DNA of 64,000 nt from an uncultured Clostridia bacterium (lineage in GTDB: Bacteria > Bacillota > Clostridia > Oscillospirales > Ruminococcaceae), in NCBI GenBank assembly GCA_947626165.1, contig CANQRG010000003.1, positions 8,375 to 72,374 on the forward strand, in the 5' to 3' direction. The position numbers were made by a program, and so were the translations under genes. The notes beneath the pieces are model-generated. The model made no database searches and was not told where the DNA came from. It saw only the letters and a list, made by a program, of their open reading frames with translations. Positions 47,255 through 55,901 of the stretch are shown here, piece after piece (the first letter of the stretch is position 1; each line of letters starts with the position of its first letter).

Positions 47255-47345
47255 TATTTTAAAATAAAAAGTTCTACTCCGACTGGTGAATCGTCTCAAA
47301 TTGTGCAGACAGAACAAAAAGACCCCTTAGAAAGGAGCTACTTTA

Positions 47346-48779
47346 ATGGCTTATATTCAAGAGCGTAAAGATAAGAACGGTAATGTTATTTCGTATTCAA
47401 TTAGAGTATTTAAAGGCTATGCTCCTGACGGCGAACAGCTTAAACCATATACCGCAACATTTAAGCCGGATAAGAATAAAACCGCTAGACAGAATGAAAA
47501 AGCGTTAAATAAATTCGTTGTAGAATTTGAAACAAAATGCAAAAGCGGACTTGCTTGTGATAATCGACAGACGTTTGCTGAGTATGCCGAGTATGTTTTG
47601 TCTCTTAAAGAAAGAAGCGGAGCAAAGCACACAACGCTTGTTAGATATAGAGATTTGCTGAAAGTAATTAACAAAAATATTGGTTTTATGAAGTTAGCAG
47701 ATATAAGACCGCAGCATTTAAATGATCTGTATGAATTACTTTCAAAGAGTGGTACACGCAGAACTAAAGACAAAGCCTGCTGTAAAATTGATTTTAAATC
47801 ATATTTGAAAGAACAAAGGCTAACACAAAAAGAACTTTCAGAGCAATCAGGCGTACCTTGTAACACAATGCGAGCTGTTATAAATGGAAAAAGCGTTTAC
47901 CTTTCAACTGCTGAAAAGCTATGCAAGGCTCTTGATGTACCTGTCAAACAGCTATTTAATGTAGTAACTGATAACAGACCTCTTGCAAATAAGACTATAA
48001 CGGAATATCACCGTTTAATATCAACTATAATGGCTCAAGCTGATAAAGAGCTATTAATACCATTCAATCCTGCTCGTAAGGCAACACCACCTAAAATAAA
48101 GCGTGAAAGTGTTAATTATTTTCAAATAGAGGACGTTGAACGCATAAGAAACAGTTTAGAGGACGAACCTATAAAATTTAAAACAATGGTACATTTATTA
48201 TTAATTACAGGTGCAAGAAGGGGAGAAATTTTAGGTTTAAAATGGAATTGTGTAGACTGGAACGCAAATCGTATCCATATTTGCAGGAGTATTCTTTATT
48301 CTTCAGATATTGGCATTTATGAAGATACTACAAAGACGGAACAATCTGATAGATTTATCACATTGCCATTAGAAACGATGGAGTTGTTGCGAGAATATAG
48401 AAGGTGGTATTTGCTTCAAGCTCGTATGTATGGAGATCAATGGCACAATACAGGATATTTATTCTTTCAGGAGAAGGCAAGTAATGCAGGAAAACCAATG
48501 CACCCAGATACTTTAAATGATTGGCTTTCTGAATTTTCAAAGCGTTATAATCTACCGCATATCAATCCACACGCTTTCAGACATACAATGGCAAGTATAC
48601 TTTACTTCAATAATATTGACAGCGTAAGTATAAGCCATAGACTTGGACATAGCAAAATAAGCACTACAACAGATATATATAGTCATATAATGAAAGAAGC
48701 TGACAAGCAATCAGCCGAATGTATAGCAAATGTTATCCTCAGACCGAAGGATAAATACAAACAGAGAAAAGCAGAATAA
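47346..48779 (+). CDS. Tyrosine recombinase/integrase with an inserted XRE-type HTH
   Basis: Catalytic residues in TGARRGEILGLKW, HAFRHTMAS and LGHSKISTTTDIYSH. Residues ~148-206 (LTQKELSEQSGVPCNTMRAVINGKS...AEKLCKAL) form an extra HTH. Confidence 0.9.
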   Translation: MAYIQERKDKNGNVISYSIRVFKGYAPDGEQLKPYTATFKPDKNKTARQNEKALNKFVVEFETKCKSGLACDNRQTFAEYAEYVLSLKERSGAKHTTLVRYRDLLKVINKNIGFMKLADIRPQHLNDLYELLSKSGTRRTKDKACCKIDFKSYLKEQRLTQKELSEQSGVPCNTMRAVINGKSVYLSTAEKLCKALDVPVKQLFNVVTDNRPLANKTITEYHRLISTIMAQADKELLIPFNPARKATPPKIKRESVNYFQIEDVERIRNSLEDEPIKFKTMVHLLLITGARRGEILGLKWNCVDWNANRIHICRSILYSSDIGIYEDTTKTEQSDRFITLPLETMELLREYRRWYLLQARMYGDQWHNTGYLFFQEKASNAGKPMHPDTLNDWLSEFSKRYNLPHINPHAFRHTMASILYFNNIDSVSISHRLGHSKISTTTDIYSHIMKEADKQSAECIANVILRPKDKYKQRKAE

Positions 48780-48782
48780 ATA

Positions 48783-48825
48783 AAAAAGCAGGCTTCACTG
48801 TAGGAAGTGAAAAAGCCTGCTTTTT
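48783..48825 (+). terminator. Integrase terminator
   Basis: aaaaagcaggcttcact-gtagga-agtgaaaaagcctgcttttt. Confidence 0.8.
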
Positions 48826-48840
48826 ATTGAATTTTTCAAA

Positions 48841-48865
48841 ATAGTTGAATTATTATTGAATTATT
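48841..48865 (+). repeat. Arm-type repeat at the right end of element A
   Basis: atagttgaattattattgaattatt. It shares a 19-mer with 41373-41391. Confidence 0.7.
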
Positions 48866-48923
48866 AGCCTGTTTTAACAAAACAAAAAGACGTCTGCAAA
48901 GCCTGCAAACGCCTATTTTACGT

Positions 48924-48968
48924 TGGTTGCGGAGGCTGGATTTGAACCAACGACCTTCGGGTTATGAG
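48924..48968 (-). repeat. att direct repeat 2 (junction between elements A and B)
   Basis: Identical 45-mer. Confidence 0.95.
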
Positions 48969-49087
48969 AAATTTCAGTCCTTGTTTTTGATGTTTTATGT
49001 TTATTTATGGAGAACACATAATATCAAAATATTAATGTATTTACGCAGTTTTCAACATTTCATAAGACGTTAACAAATTTAATGTTG

Positions 49088-49106
49088 TTTAGAACTTTTT
49101 TAGAAC
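49088..49106 (+). repeat. Arm-type repeats TTTAGAAC x2 (11-bp spacing), distal end of element B
   Basis: Copies at 49088-49095 and 49099-49106. A matching pair lies at 60009-60027. Confidence 0.6.
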
Positions 49107-49316
49107 AGTGGCTACACTTTTATAACTTCTGCTATAACATAACTTAAAGATAAAAACTTTAAAAGAAATTAAAGTATTTAATAAAAAAATAAATACTTTA
49201 ATTTCTTTTTTCTATAACTATTTAATTATTTAGTAATGTTTATCTTATTATTAAACTGAAACTATAAAACATGGTTATAATATTGGTATTACATTTCCAA
49301 TATAAAATTCAGTTGT

Positions 49317-50507
49317 TCAATCATTTTGTTGTTCGGGAAAATCAACAAAGCCCAGAAAGAGATGTCTTAAATTAAACAATGCACTGATTAAATTTTCACA
49401 ATTATATTCTATATCATAATTATCGAAACAACATCTATCAATTACTTCTAATCCACTACTAGGAATTCTATTCCCGGTTATAATTAGATTATTACCATAT
49501 TTTTCTCTATGATAATTTAGAGTATCGCATAATACAGGTATATCATCATTATAACAAGGGGTAAACTGTTTTAATACTGTAAGCTTTTCATATTTAGAAG
49601 CACTTATAAAATAATCAGATAACACATCACCCAAAAGGATTTGATATATATTTTTAAAATATATTATATTAGAAGTAAGAAATGATATATCCACTTTATG
49701 ATTATTATCCACTGAATTAAATATTATTCTTAATTTAACACTACCATCAGCCTTTATTTCCATAAAGTTGTGCAAATTTGATGGAAGAGCAGATATTCCG
49801 TCCGATATTTCTGCTTTTCCAATACTTATTAAAATAGAATTTGCCAATTTTGATATGCTAAATTGATTACTAATACCTTTAATATAATCTGCAATCCTTT
49901 GAAAATCTGTATTAAATAAATAATGATTGATTTTTGATAAATTCGAGGTGTTCAAAGAAAATCCCATATCCAAATATCCGTATATGTTTCGTGGAATTAA
50001 TGAATCGTTAATGTCTTCAATTGTTATTTTTTGAAGAATTCGTTTATCGTTTTCTTGCTTTTTATAGAAAAGCTGTGTTAATTTTGAAGAATCATTAATT
50101 ACATAGGATCCAGAAGAAACCCTTTCAAATATTTTTCCCCTATTTGTTATATATGGTGGGTCAATTCCTTCTTCGATTTTTATTACTAAAACTATCTTAT
50201 TCTGTGGTGATTCAAATTTTCTAATGTCAAATACAGGAATAGGTGTAATAGAATCATGAATAACACTATTTATTCTTTCTTCATTCCAATCCTGACATCC
50301 GATAATTTTTTTGTCATCGCTAACTCCTAAGAAAATATATCCACCATATGTATTAGCAAAAGCTGATATTTCTTTCATCAATTTTTCTGAGCTTACTCTA
50401 TCATCCTTATATTCAAAGAAAAAATTTTCTTCGTCACCCAATGATATTTGTCTTTCAATATCCTCGAAAGTTAGTTCATTCCATAGGTGTTTATTTATAT
50501 TTACCAT
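49317..50507 (-). CDS. AlbA_2 (Schlafen-type) domain protein with an uncharacterised C-terminal half
   Basis: Start moved to the ATG at 50507 (GGAGGG RBS). EENFFFEYKD...LMKEISAFANTYGGYIFLGVSDDKKIIG...VLVIKIEEG.DPPY matches my memory of the AlbA_2 pattern. Confidence 0.7.
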   Translation of the reverse strand: MVNINKHLWNELTFEDIERQISLGDEENFFFEYKDDRVSSEKLMKEISAFANTYGGYIFLGVSDDKKIIGCQDWNEERINSVIHDSITPIPVFDIRKFESPQNKIVLVIKIEEGIDPPYITNRGKIFERVSSGSYVINDSSKLTQLFYKKQENDKRILQKITIEDINDSLIPRNIYGYLDMGFSLNTSNLSKINHYLFNTDFQRIADYIKGISNQFSISKLANSILISIGKAEISDGISALPSNLHNFMEIKADGSVKLRIIFNSVDNNHKVDISFLTSNIIYFKNIYQILLGDVLSDYFISASKYEKLTVLKQFTPCYNDDIPVLCDTLNYHREKYGNNLIITGNRIPSSGLEVIDRCCFDNYDIEYNCENLISALFNLRHLFLGFVDFPEQQND

Positions 50508-51024
50508 TTTTCCCTCCATGGACTTATAATTAATAATAATTAATTACACTAATAAATTGCACAGTGGTTATATTTCTAATTTAAATATATCATAAATATA
50601 AAATTTGTCAACTTGTTTAATAATGCAACAAAGGTGCCTTATTTAAATTGACGTTGATGAATAAAATCAAGGGGAACTATTTCCATAAGCTAAGCCTGAT
50701 ATCTCGATATTGCAATTTACTTAGATTACTTTTACAAAAAAATAATTCCTGTTATGATTATAAGGCAATATATTTTACTTATTTATTTTTAAAACTAGAT
50801 ATAATTGATAACTTCTTTATCGTCTAGCTAGTTATATCTTTTATAATAGATTTCAATGATAAAAGTGTTATATTGATGTTGAATATATTAAAACAATTAA
50901 TATTTTATAATAAAGTATCAAAGTGTTAAACGTATTTAGATGTCTTAATAAGCAAATTAAAAGAAAATCTCCCCTATGGTAAATTAATAATAGTACCATA
51001 AGGGAGACATTTTTATATAAATTT

Positions 51025-52923
51025 TTAATTAAATTCTCTCCATGGGATTTGACTTGCAGTAACTTTTCTGTTAGTTCTTTTATCATAAATATGGTAATTA
51101 CCATTTTCTAAATCACTTAGAGAACAAATTTCAGCCGTAGTAATACCATTATCTCTTTCAATATAATCATGAGTTAAACCGTGAACTTTAAATACTTTTA
51201 TGCCAAGTAGACCGGAATCAATGTATTCATAATTTTTCTTCTCACTAAATTTTGAGCCATTTTTTCCTGAATTATATTCATTATCATTTGCAGAGCCACC
51301 ACCTAACGCACTTAGTAATATAACAGATAATATAACTCCTACTATTAGAAGAAAAATAAAAATTAGAAAAAGAGGTACTGCATTTTGAATAATTAGTAGA
51401 AGTAAAGGAAGTGCACCTAAAGCTAATATAACTGTTACCAAGAAAAAGAAGAATTCATCCCAATAACTCGAACTATGGGATAATATAAAAAACATAATTA
51501 CACCTATAATAAAAGTAATAAAAGTTACAATTACGATAGATTGCATTATTTTTTCATTTGATAGAAAAGAATATGAATCATTAGGTAACACAAATCCATT
51601 CTCGTCTCTTACAATTCTTAGATTACATAAAATTTCAATGATTATGCATGTTAAACATGAAATCCCTATTAGAGTTAAAGAAATAATCATTAAAACTTTC
51701 TTATATTTTTTTGATTGTTTAAAATAGATTATTAGCCAGTAAATAAAGAAAATTCCTATTAAAATCCCAAGAATAATTAAAACTGGAACACTGTAAAAAA
51801 TATGTACATTACCTGTAGTTAATTGACTTTCTAAATTATTTAAGCTCATTCCATTCTTTTTTAAATAATGAACCTGACTTGTAAAACCTCCTGACACTAT
51901 AAATATAATTAATGCTACAGCAAAAGTAATTACTGAAGTCGCAATAATTAATTTAGGTGTTATGTTTAAAATTTTGTTCGTAAAATCTTCTGTAAATAGT
52001 TTTTCTTTTAGTGGAATTCCTTTTTTGTTTCTATCTTTTTTAAGTATTTTAGTTTTATTTTTTATTGTAGTAGAAGTATGTTTAATATTATTGCTATTAC
52101 TGTTATCATTATAATTACCAACCAATTTTGAATAAAGAAGTTTACCTCTTTTGACAATTCTATAATTTATATTATCTAATAGTTGAGAAAGTTCTTCAAT
52201 AGTTTTAGGTCGGCTTTCTAAAGTTTCATTTCCTTGTATAATGGGTATATGAGAGCTAACTAAAGGATTTATTTGCAAATCACTTGTAAGATAATCTTCA
52301 AGTTCAAATTTTTCAGTATATAATTTCAAAGTGTTTTGATCCCAGTCTGTGCTTTTACGAAGCCATATCATTGATAAGTCAAAATAATCATTCCATGCAG
52401 AGGCTCTAGCCTGATTAAAACTTTGTCTTTCTTTAGTAAAAGGATTTACCTTTTTAGGTACAAGCGTAAGATTGCCTATAGTATGTGTTAATCCTGCAAA
52501 GGTATTAAATTTATTAAATATATCTTCCGACAAATTTTTTATTATTATTTTCTTTAACTGTTTGTAGTTTGAAAGTAAAATTGATGCAGAACTTGTTACT
52601 ACATACGAAATTCCTAAAACTTTCTTTATATCGTTAAGACACCAATTATTTAGTGCCCAAGCAAATGTTATCCAAAAGGAATTCATAGTATCCATTCCCA
52701 TTAATATATTCTGATTTCCTACATTTATGTATTGGAAGCTATCTCTAATTTTATTATCAAATCCCCAAAGCTTATTATAAACTAATTTTGCATAATCACA
52801 TCTATCGCAATCAAAAGGAGATGTATCAGATTTATATAGTAAGAACTTATATAAATTATCTACTTTGCTTTTTTTACATTGCTTTAATTCATTTTTTAAA
52901 TCATAATCATAATTCTTAAACAT
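51025..52923 (-). CDS. Large polytopic membrane protein (632 aa) with an N-terminal ~300-aa soluble domain and a C-terminal ~90-aa soluble domain; unknown function
   Basis: Long ORF in a very AT-rich region. Six or more TM segments between residues ~325 and 545. I recognise no catalytic motif with confidence. Confidence 0.75.
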   Translation of the reverse strand: MFKNYDYDLKNELKQCKKSKVDNLYKFLLYKSDTSPFDCDRCDYAKLVYNKLWGFDNKIRDSFQYINVGNQNILMGMDTMNSFWITFAWALNNWCLNDIKKVLGISYVVTSSASILLSNYKQLKKIIIKNLSEDIFNKFNTFAGLTHTIGNLTLVPKKVNPFTKERQSFNQARASAWNDYFDLSMIWLRKSTDWDQNTLKLYTEKFELEDYLTSDLQINPLVSSHIPIIQGNETLESRPKTIEELSQLLDNINYRIVKRGKLLYSKLVGNYNDNSNSNNIKHTSTTIKNKTKILKKDRNKKGIPLKEKLFTEDFTNKILNITPKLIIATSVITFAVALIIFIVSGGFTSQVHYLKKNGMSLNNLESQLTTGNVHIFYSVPVLIILGILIGIFFIYWLIIYFKQSKKYKKVLMIISLTLIGISCLTCIIIEILCNLRIVRDENGFVLPNDSYSFLSNEKIMQSIVIVTFITFIIGVIMFFILSHSSSYWDEFFFFLVTVILALGALPLLLLIIQNAVPLFLIFIFLLIVGVILSVILLSALGGGSANDNEYNSGKNGSKFSEKKNYEYIDSGLLGIKVFKVHGLTHDYIERDNGITTAEICSLSDLENGNYHIYDKRTNRKVTASQIPWREFN

Positions 52924-52987
52924 TATTTTTTCTCCCCATTTATTTTATACAAGCAGTATATCCTCAAACTTTACTTTTAGAATTCAC

Positions 52988-54592
52988 CTAATTTGCATTT
53001 TCATTTTTAAAACTTGATAATATTAAAATTACTTCTTTTTCTTCTTGCTTAGTGAATTTCCCATCTGGTGCATCTGCAATTAAAGAAATATAACCACTAT
53101 ACCAAAAAGCAAATTCCCCTTCATATGCAGTAGTTACACTGTCATCAATGCCTAATCTTGATTTAGGCAGTACAGCAAACGATACAGAACCGTCAATATC
53201 AGTAAAATCGGTATCATTTAGCATGTCTAAAGTACCTGTCAGTTTTAATTTAGCAACGGCAAATTCGCCCAAATCTCTGTAGTCGGCAGCTTGTACATAA
53301 CCGGGAATAAAACTTGATTCAGCTACTTGTGAAACTTCAACACGTTTCATTAAGACGTGCGAACCACCACCTAAATTTCCTTCTTCAACATCACAAATAT
53401 GTGAGTATTTAATTTTAACTCCACGTTCATTTGTAAGAATTATTGTTTCTCCTGCTGATGTTACGCTATTTTGTGAAATCATCCAATTACTTGGATATGA
53501 AATAGTAAAGTTTGGGTATGTGACAGCGTTCTTTTCGCTAAATTTTGTTGTATATGAATGCTTTAATACAATATCTTTTGCATAAGTTGTATTATTGTTG
53601 GTATTAGAGACTTGATTCTCTATTACTTTTTCTCCTAATTGAGCAAATATATGATTTTCTGTTCCATCTGTTTTAATTCTATACAATTTGTCACCTAAAT
53701 TGTAGTAGAGCCAATCTCCATGTAGTTGTAACTCTGGCAAACCATCTATATTTGATAAAAGTCGTTTTTCTGTACCATCAGTCTTTATTTTATATATTCC
53801 CCCATCAGATACATAATAAATCCAACCATTATTTTCAAGTATACACATAACATGCGCTTCGGCAACAAGTTGTTTTTCTGTGCCATCTGTCTTCATTTTA
53901 TACAGATCTTTATTGTCATAATCGGCAAAATAAATCCAACCGTTATCTACAATCATATAGTCTGTCCTTCCATCATAAATAGCTTGGGGGTCAGATCCGT
54001 CTAGTTTCATTTTGTAAATTTTTTCGTTTTCTGTATAAGACTCTGTATCAAAAAAATAAATATAGCCGTCCACAATATTTAATGTATAGCCACTTGCTAC
54101 ATTGTTATTATATATCCGTTCTTTACCTGAACCATCAAAATTCATTCTGTATTCACTGCCATTATAAATTTTCCCATCAACTAAATGCACACCGCCCCTT
54201 ATGTCCTCAGCGGCTATCTGTTCATAATATGTGCCATCTGTTTTTATTCTATATATACCTAGGTCTCTGAAATAAACCCATTCGTCTATTACATTGATAT
54301 CATATACCCCATATTCGGAATTAAAAATTTTTGTTTTTTCTGTTCCGTCTTCTTTACATTTATACAATCCGTCATCCAAACTATAAAATAACCATCCATT
54401 TTCTTCGTCAACTTGACCATCGTTTGCAATATTATAGTTTGTATTACCAACTCTTCCTTTTTGCATTTCCTTAGTTGATAAAATATCATTTTTTGCATTA
54501 TTATCTTTTCCTGTATTTGCTTTACAAGCAGTACATCCTATTGATAATAGAATAAAAAGTGAAATTAATAAAATTCTTTGAAAATGTTTCAT
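52988..54592 (-). CDS. Lipoprotein with a seven-repeat beta-propeller (DUF5050-like) and an unknown C-terminal domain
   Basis: Lipobox LLSIGC. Seven Y(K/R).K.DG(T/S) repeats (YKCKEDGTEK, YRIKTDGTYY, YRMNFDGSGK, YKMKLDGSDP, YKMKTDGTEK, YKIKTDGTEK, YRIKTDGTEN). Confidence 0.8.
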   Translation of the reverse strand: MKHFQRILLISLFILLSIGCTACKANTGKDNNAKNDILSTKEMQKGRVGNTNYNIANDGQVDEENGWLFYSLDDGLYKCKEDGTEKTKIFNSEYGVYDINVIDEWVYFRDLGIYRIKTDGTYYEQIAAEDIRGGVHLVDGKIYNGSEYRMNFDGSGKERIYNNNVASGYTLNIVDGYIYFFDTESYTENEKIYKMKLDGSDPQAIYDGRTDYMIVDNGWIYFADYDNKDLYKMKTDGTEKQLVAEAHVMCILENNGWIYYVSDGGIYKIKTDGTEKRLLSNIDGLPELQLHGDWLYYNLGDKLYRIKTDGTENHIFAQLGEKVIENQVSNTNNNTTYAKDIVLKHSYTTKFSEKNAVTYPNFTISYPSNWMISQNSVTSAGETIILTNERGVKIKYSHICDVEEGNLGGGSHVLMKRVEVSQVAESSFIPGYVQAADYRDLGEFAVAKLKLTGTLDMLNDTDFTDIDGSVSFAVLPKSRLGIDDSVTTAYEGEFAFWYSGYISLIADAPDGKFTKQEEKEVILILSSFKNENAN

Positions 54593-54715
54593 ATTTAAAT
54601 TTTCCTCCTTATTTGTTTTTTATTATAATAAATAACAAATAAAATGTCAACTTAAAATATATTTATCAATTTAAAGTGGATAATATGAGGCTATACTACT
54701 TTTAGGAGGGATATT

Positions 54716-55018
54716 ATGATATATTTTGGAGTTCGACTAAAAGAATTAAGAAAAGGCAAAAATTTAACTCAACAACAACTAGCTGATAGAATGTCGTTAG
54801 TTAAAAGCTCTATTTCAGCATATGAGAAAAGTGCAAAATATCCCTCTATTGAAGTTCTTGTAAAGCTATGCCATTATTTCAATGTATCAGCTGATTATTT
54901 ATTAGGTCTTTCAGACAATAAAACTATAAAGGATTATAATTTGACGGAAGAACAGATAGAAATAGTTATGAAAATTATTGTTCAATTTCATCAACTTAAT
55001 AATCAAAAGTATAAATGA
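54716..55018 (+). CDS. XRE-family HTH transcriptional regulator
   Basis: LKELRKGKNLTQQQLADRMSLVKSSISAYEKSAKYPSIEVLVKLCHYFNVSADYLLG. Confidence 0.85.
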   Translation: MIYFGVRLKELRKGKNLTQQQLADRMSLVKSSISAYEKSAKYPSIEVLVKLCHYFNVSADYLLGLSDNKTIKDYNLTEEQIEIVMKIIVQFHQLNNQKYK

Positions 55019-55175
55019 AAGTGAATTAATTTTATCACGGCAAAACATTAGAAAATATTAAAAAATAAAGGCTTTTTTCGCTCAACTGATTGGGTTGGTT
55101 GACCTTATTATCAGTATGTATAAACTTATATAAAAAGGGATACTGTTAAAAATTTTTAAAACGAGGTGAATAATT

Positions 55176-55646
55176 ATGAGTGATTTTCCTTTTTGTTATA
55201 CAGAAGAAGAATGGCAAAAAATAAAGCTTCAATATAATACGGACTTTAAAAGATATAATAAACACATTAAATCATTTCGAGAATTAATAAACGAGATTCT
55301 TCAAGGTGAGACAGAGGGAAGCTTTGTAAGAAAAACAGGTCTAAGTCCGAATATGTTTTCGAGAATAAGAACACAAATTGATAAGACGAATCCCCCGCAA
55401 AGAAACACACTTATGTCTGTTGCAGTTGGGTATAATCTTGACTATCAGCTTACGGCTGCATTGCTTGATAGCATAGGACTTAAATTTATCCTTAGTAACA
55501 AACGTGATTATGCATATCAATTTTTATTAACAAATTGCAGAGGTAAAACTGTTGATGAATGTAATGACATACTCAAATGTTTAGGAGTTGAAGAAAAATA
55601 TTGGTTAGGAGTGCATGCAAGAAAGAAATATACTAAGTGCAATTAA
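55176..55646 (+). CDS. Hypothetical protein (156 aa), possible HTH
   Basis: GAGGTG RBS. SFVRKTGLSPNMFSRIR is HTH-like. Position is in the element backbone. Confidence 0.6.
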   Translation: MSDFPFCYTEEEWQKIKLQYNTDFKRYNKHIKSFRELINEILQGETEGSFVRKTGLSPNMFSRIRTQIDKTNPPQRNTLMSVAVGYNLDYQLTAALLDSIGLKFILSNKRDYAYQFLLTNCRGKTVDECNDILKCLGVEEKYWLGVHARKKYTKCN

Positions 55647-55901
55647 AATACACATTATTACAATTATGAGCAGGGTAAATAACTCTGCTCTTTTTATATT
55701 TTCTCGTACTTGTCATGTACGATGAAAAACTTTGGAACATACGCTATTTTGAAAGAACATGTCATAGAACAGGGCTTTTATTTACCGTTATTTCGTACTT
55801 ACCATGTATGGCACAATTTCTCCAGTTATGTTATTCTAATTTCAGACATGAGATGCATCACATTGTCGAATAATAAATTACAAACTAGGAGGAAAGTTAT
55901 T

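Larger units (their letters stand above)
41201..48968. mobile_element. Integrative element A (~7.7 kb), PICI-like or replicative genomic island
   Basis: Bounded by identical 45-nt tRNA-derived repeats. Its tyrosine integrase is adjacent to the tRNA-proximal repeat. It carries xis, repressor/cro-like HTH genes, a Rep-like gene and an iteron field. The 19-nt arm repeat tagttgaattattattgaa occurs at both ends. Confidence 0.85.

Noticed and set aside
50868-51104. 78-aa minus-strand ORF between the AlbA_2-like gene and the 632-aa gene
   Set aside because: It overlaps the 3' end of the 632-aa ORF in another frame. The DNA is extremely AT-rich, where random ORFs are common, and there is no RBS.
52390-52480. 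DUF1524/HNH-like nuclease motif (THTIGNLTLVPKKVNP) in the 632-aa membrane protein
   Set aside because: Only the GNLxL...N half of the signature is present. The upstream (D/E)H..P element was not found. This is too weak to call a nuclease, so it is recorded only as a hint.
55710-55901. The longer 180-aa version of ORF 55710-56252
   Set aside because: The upstream 64 codons begin at a non-ATG start with no RBS, whereas the ATG at 55902 has a perfect AGGAGG. The shorter form was adopted.
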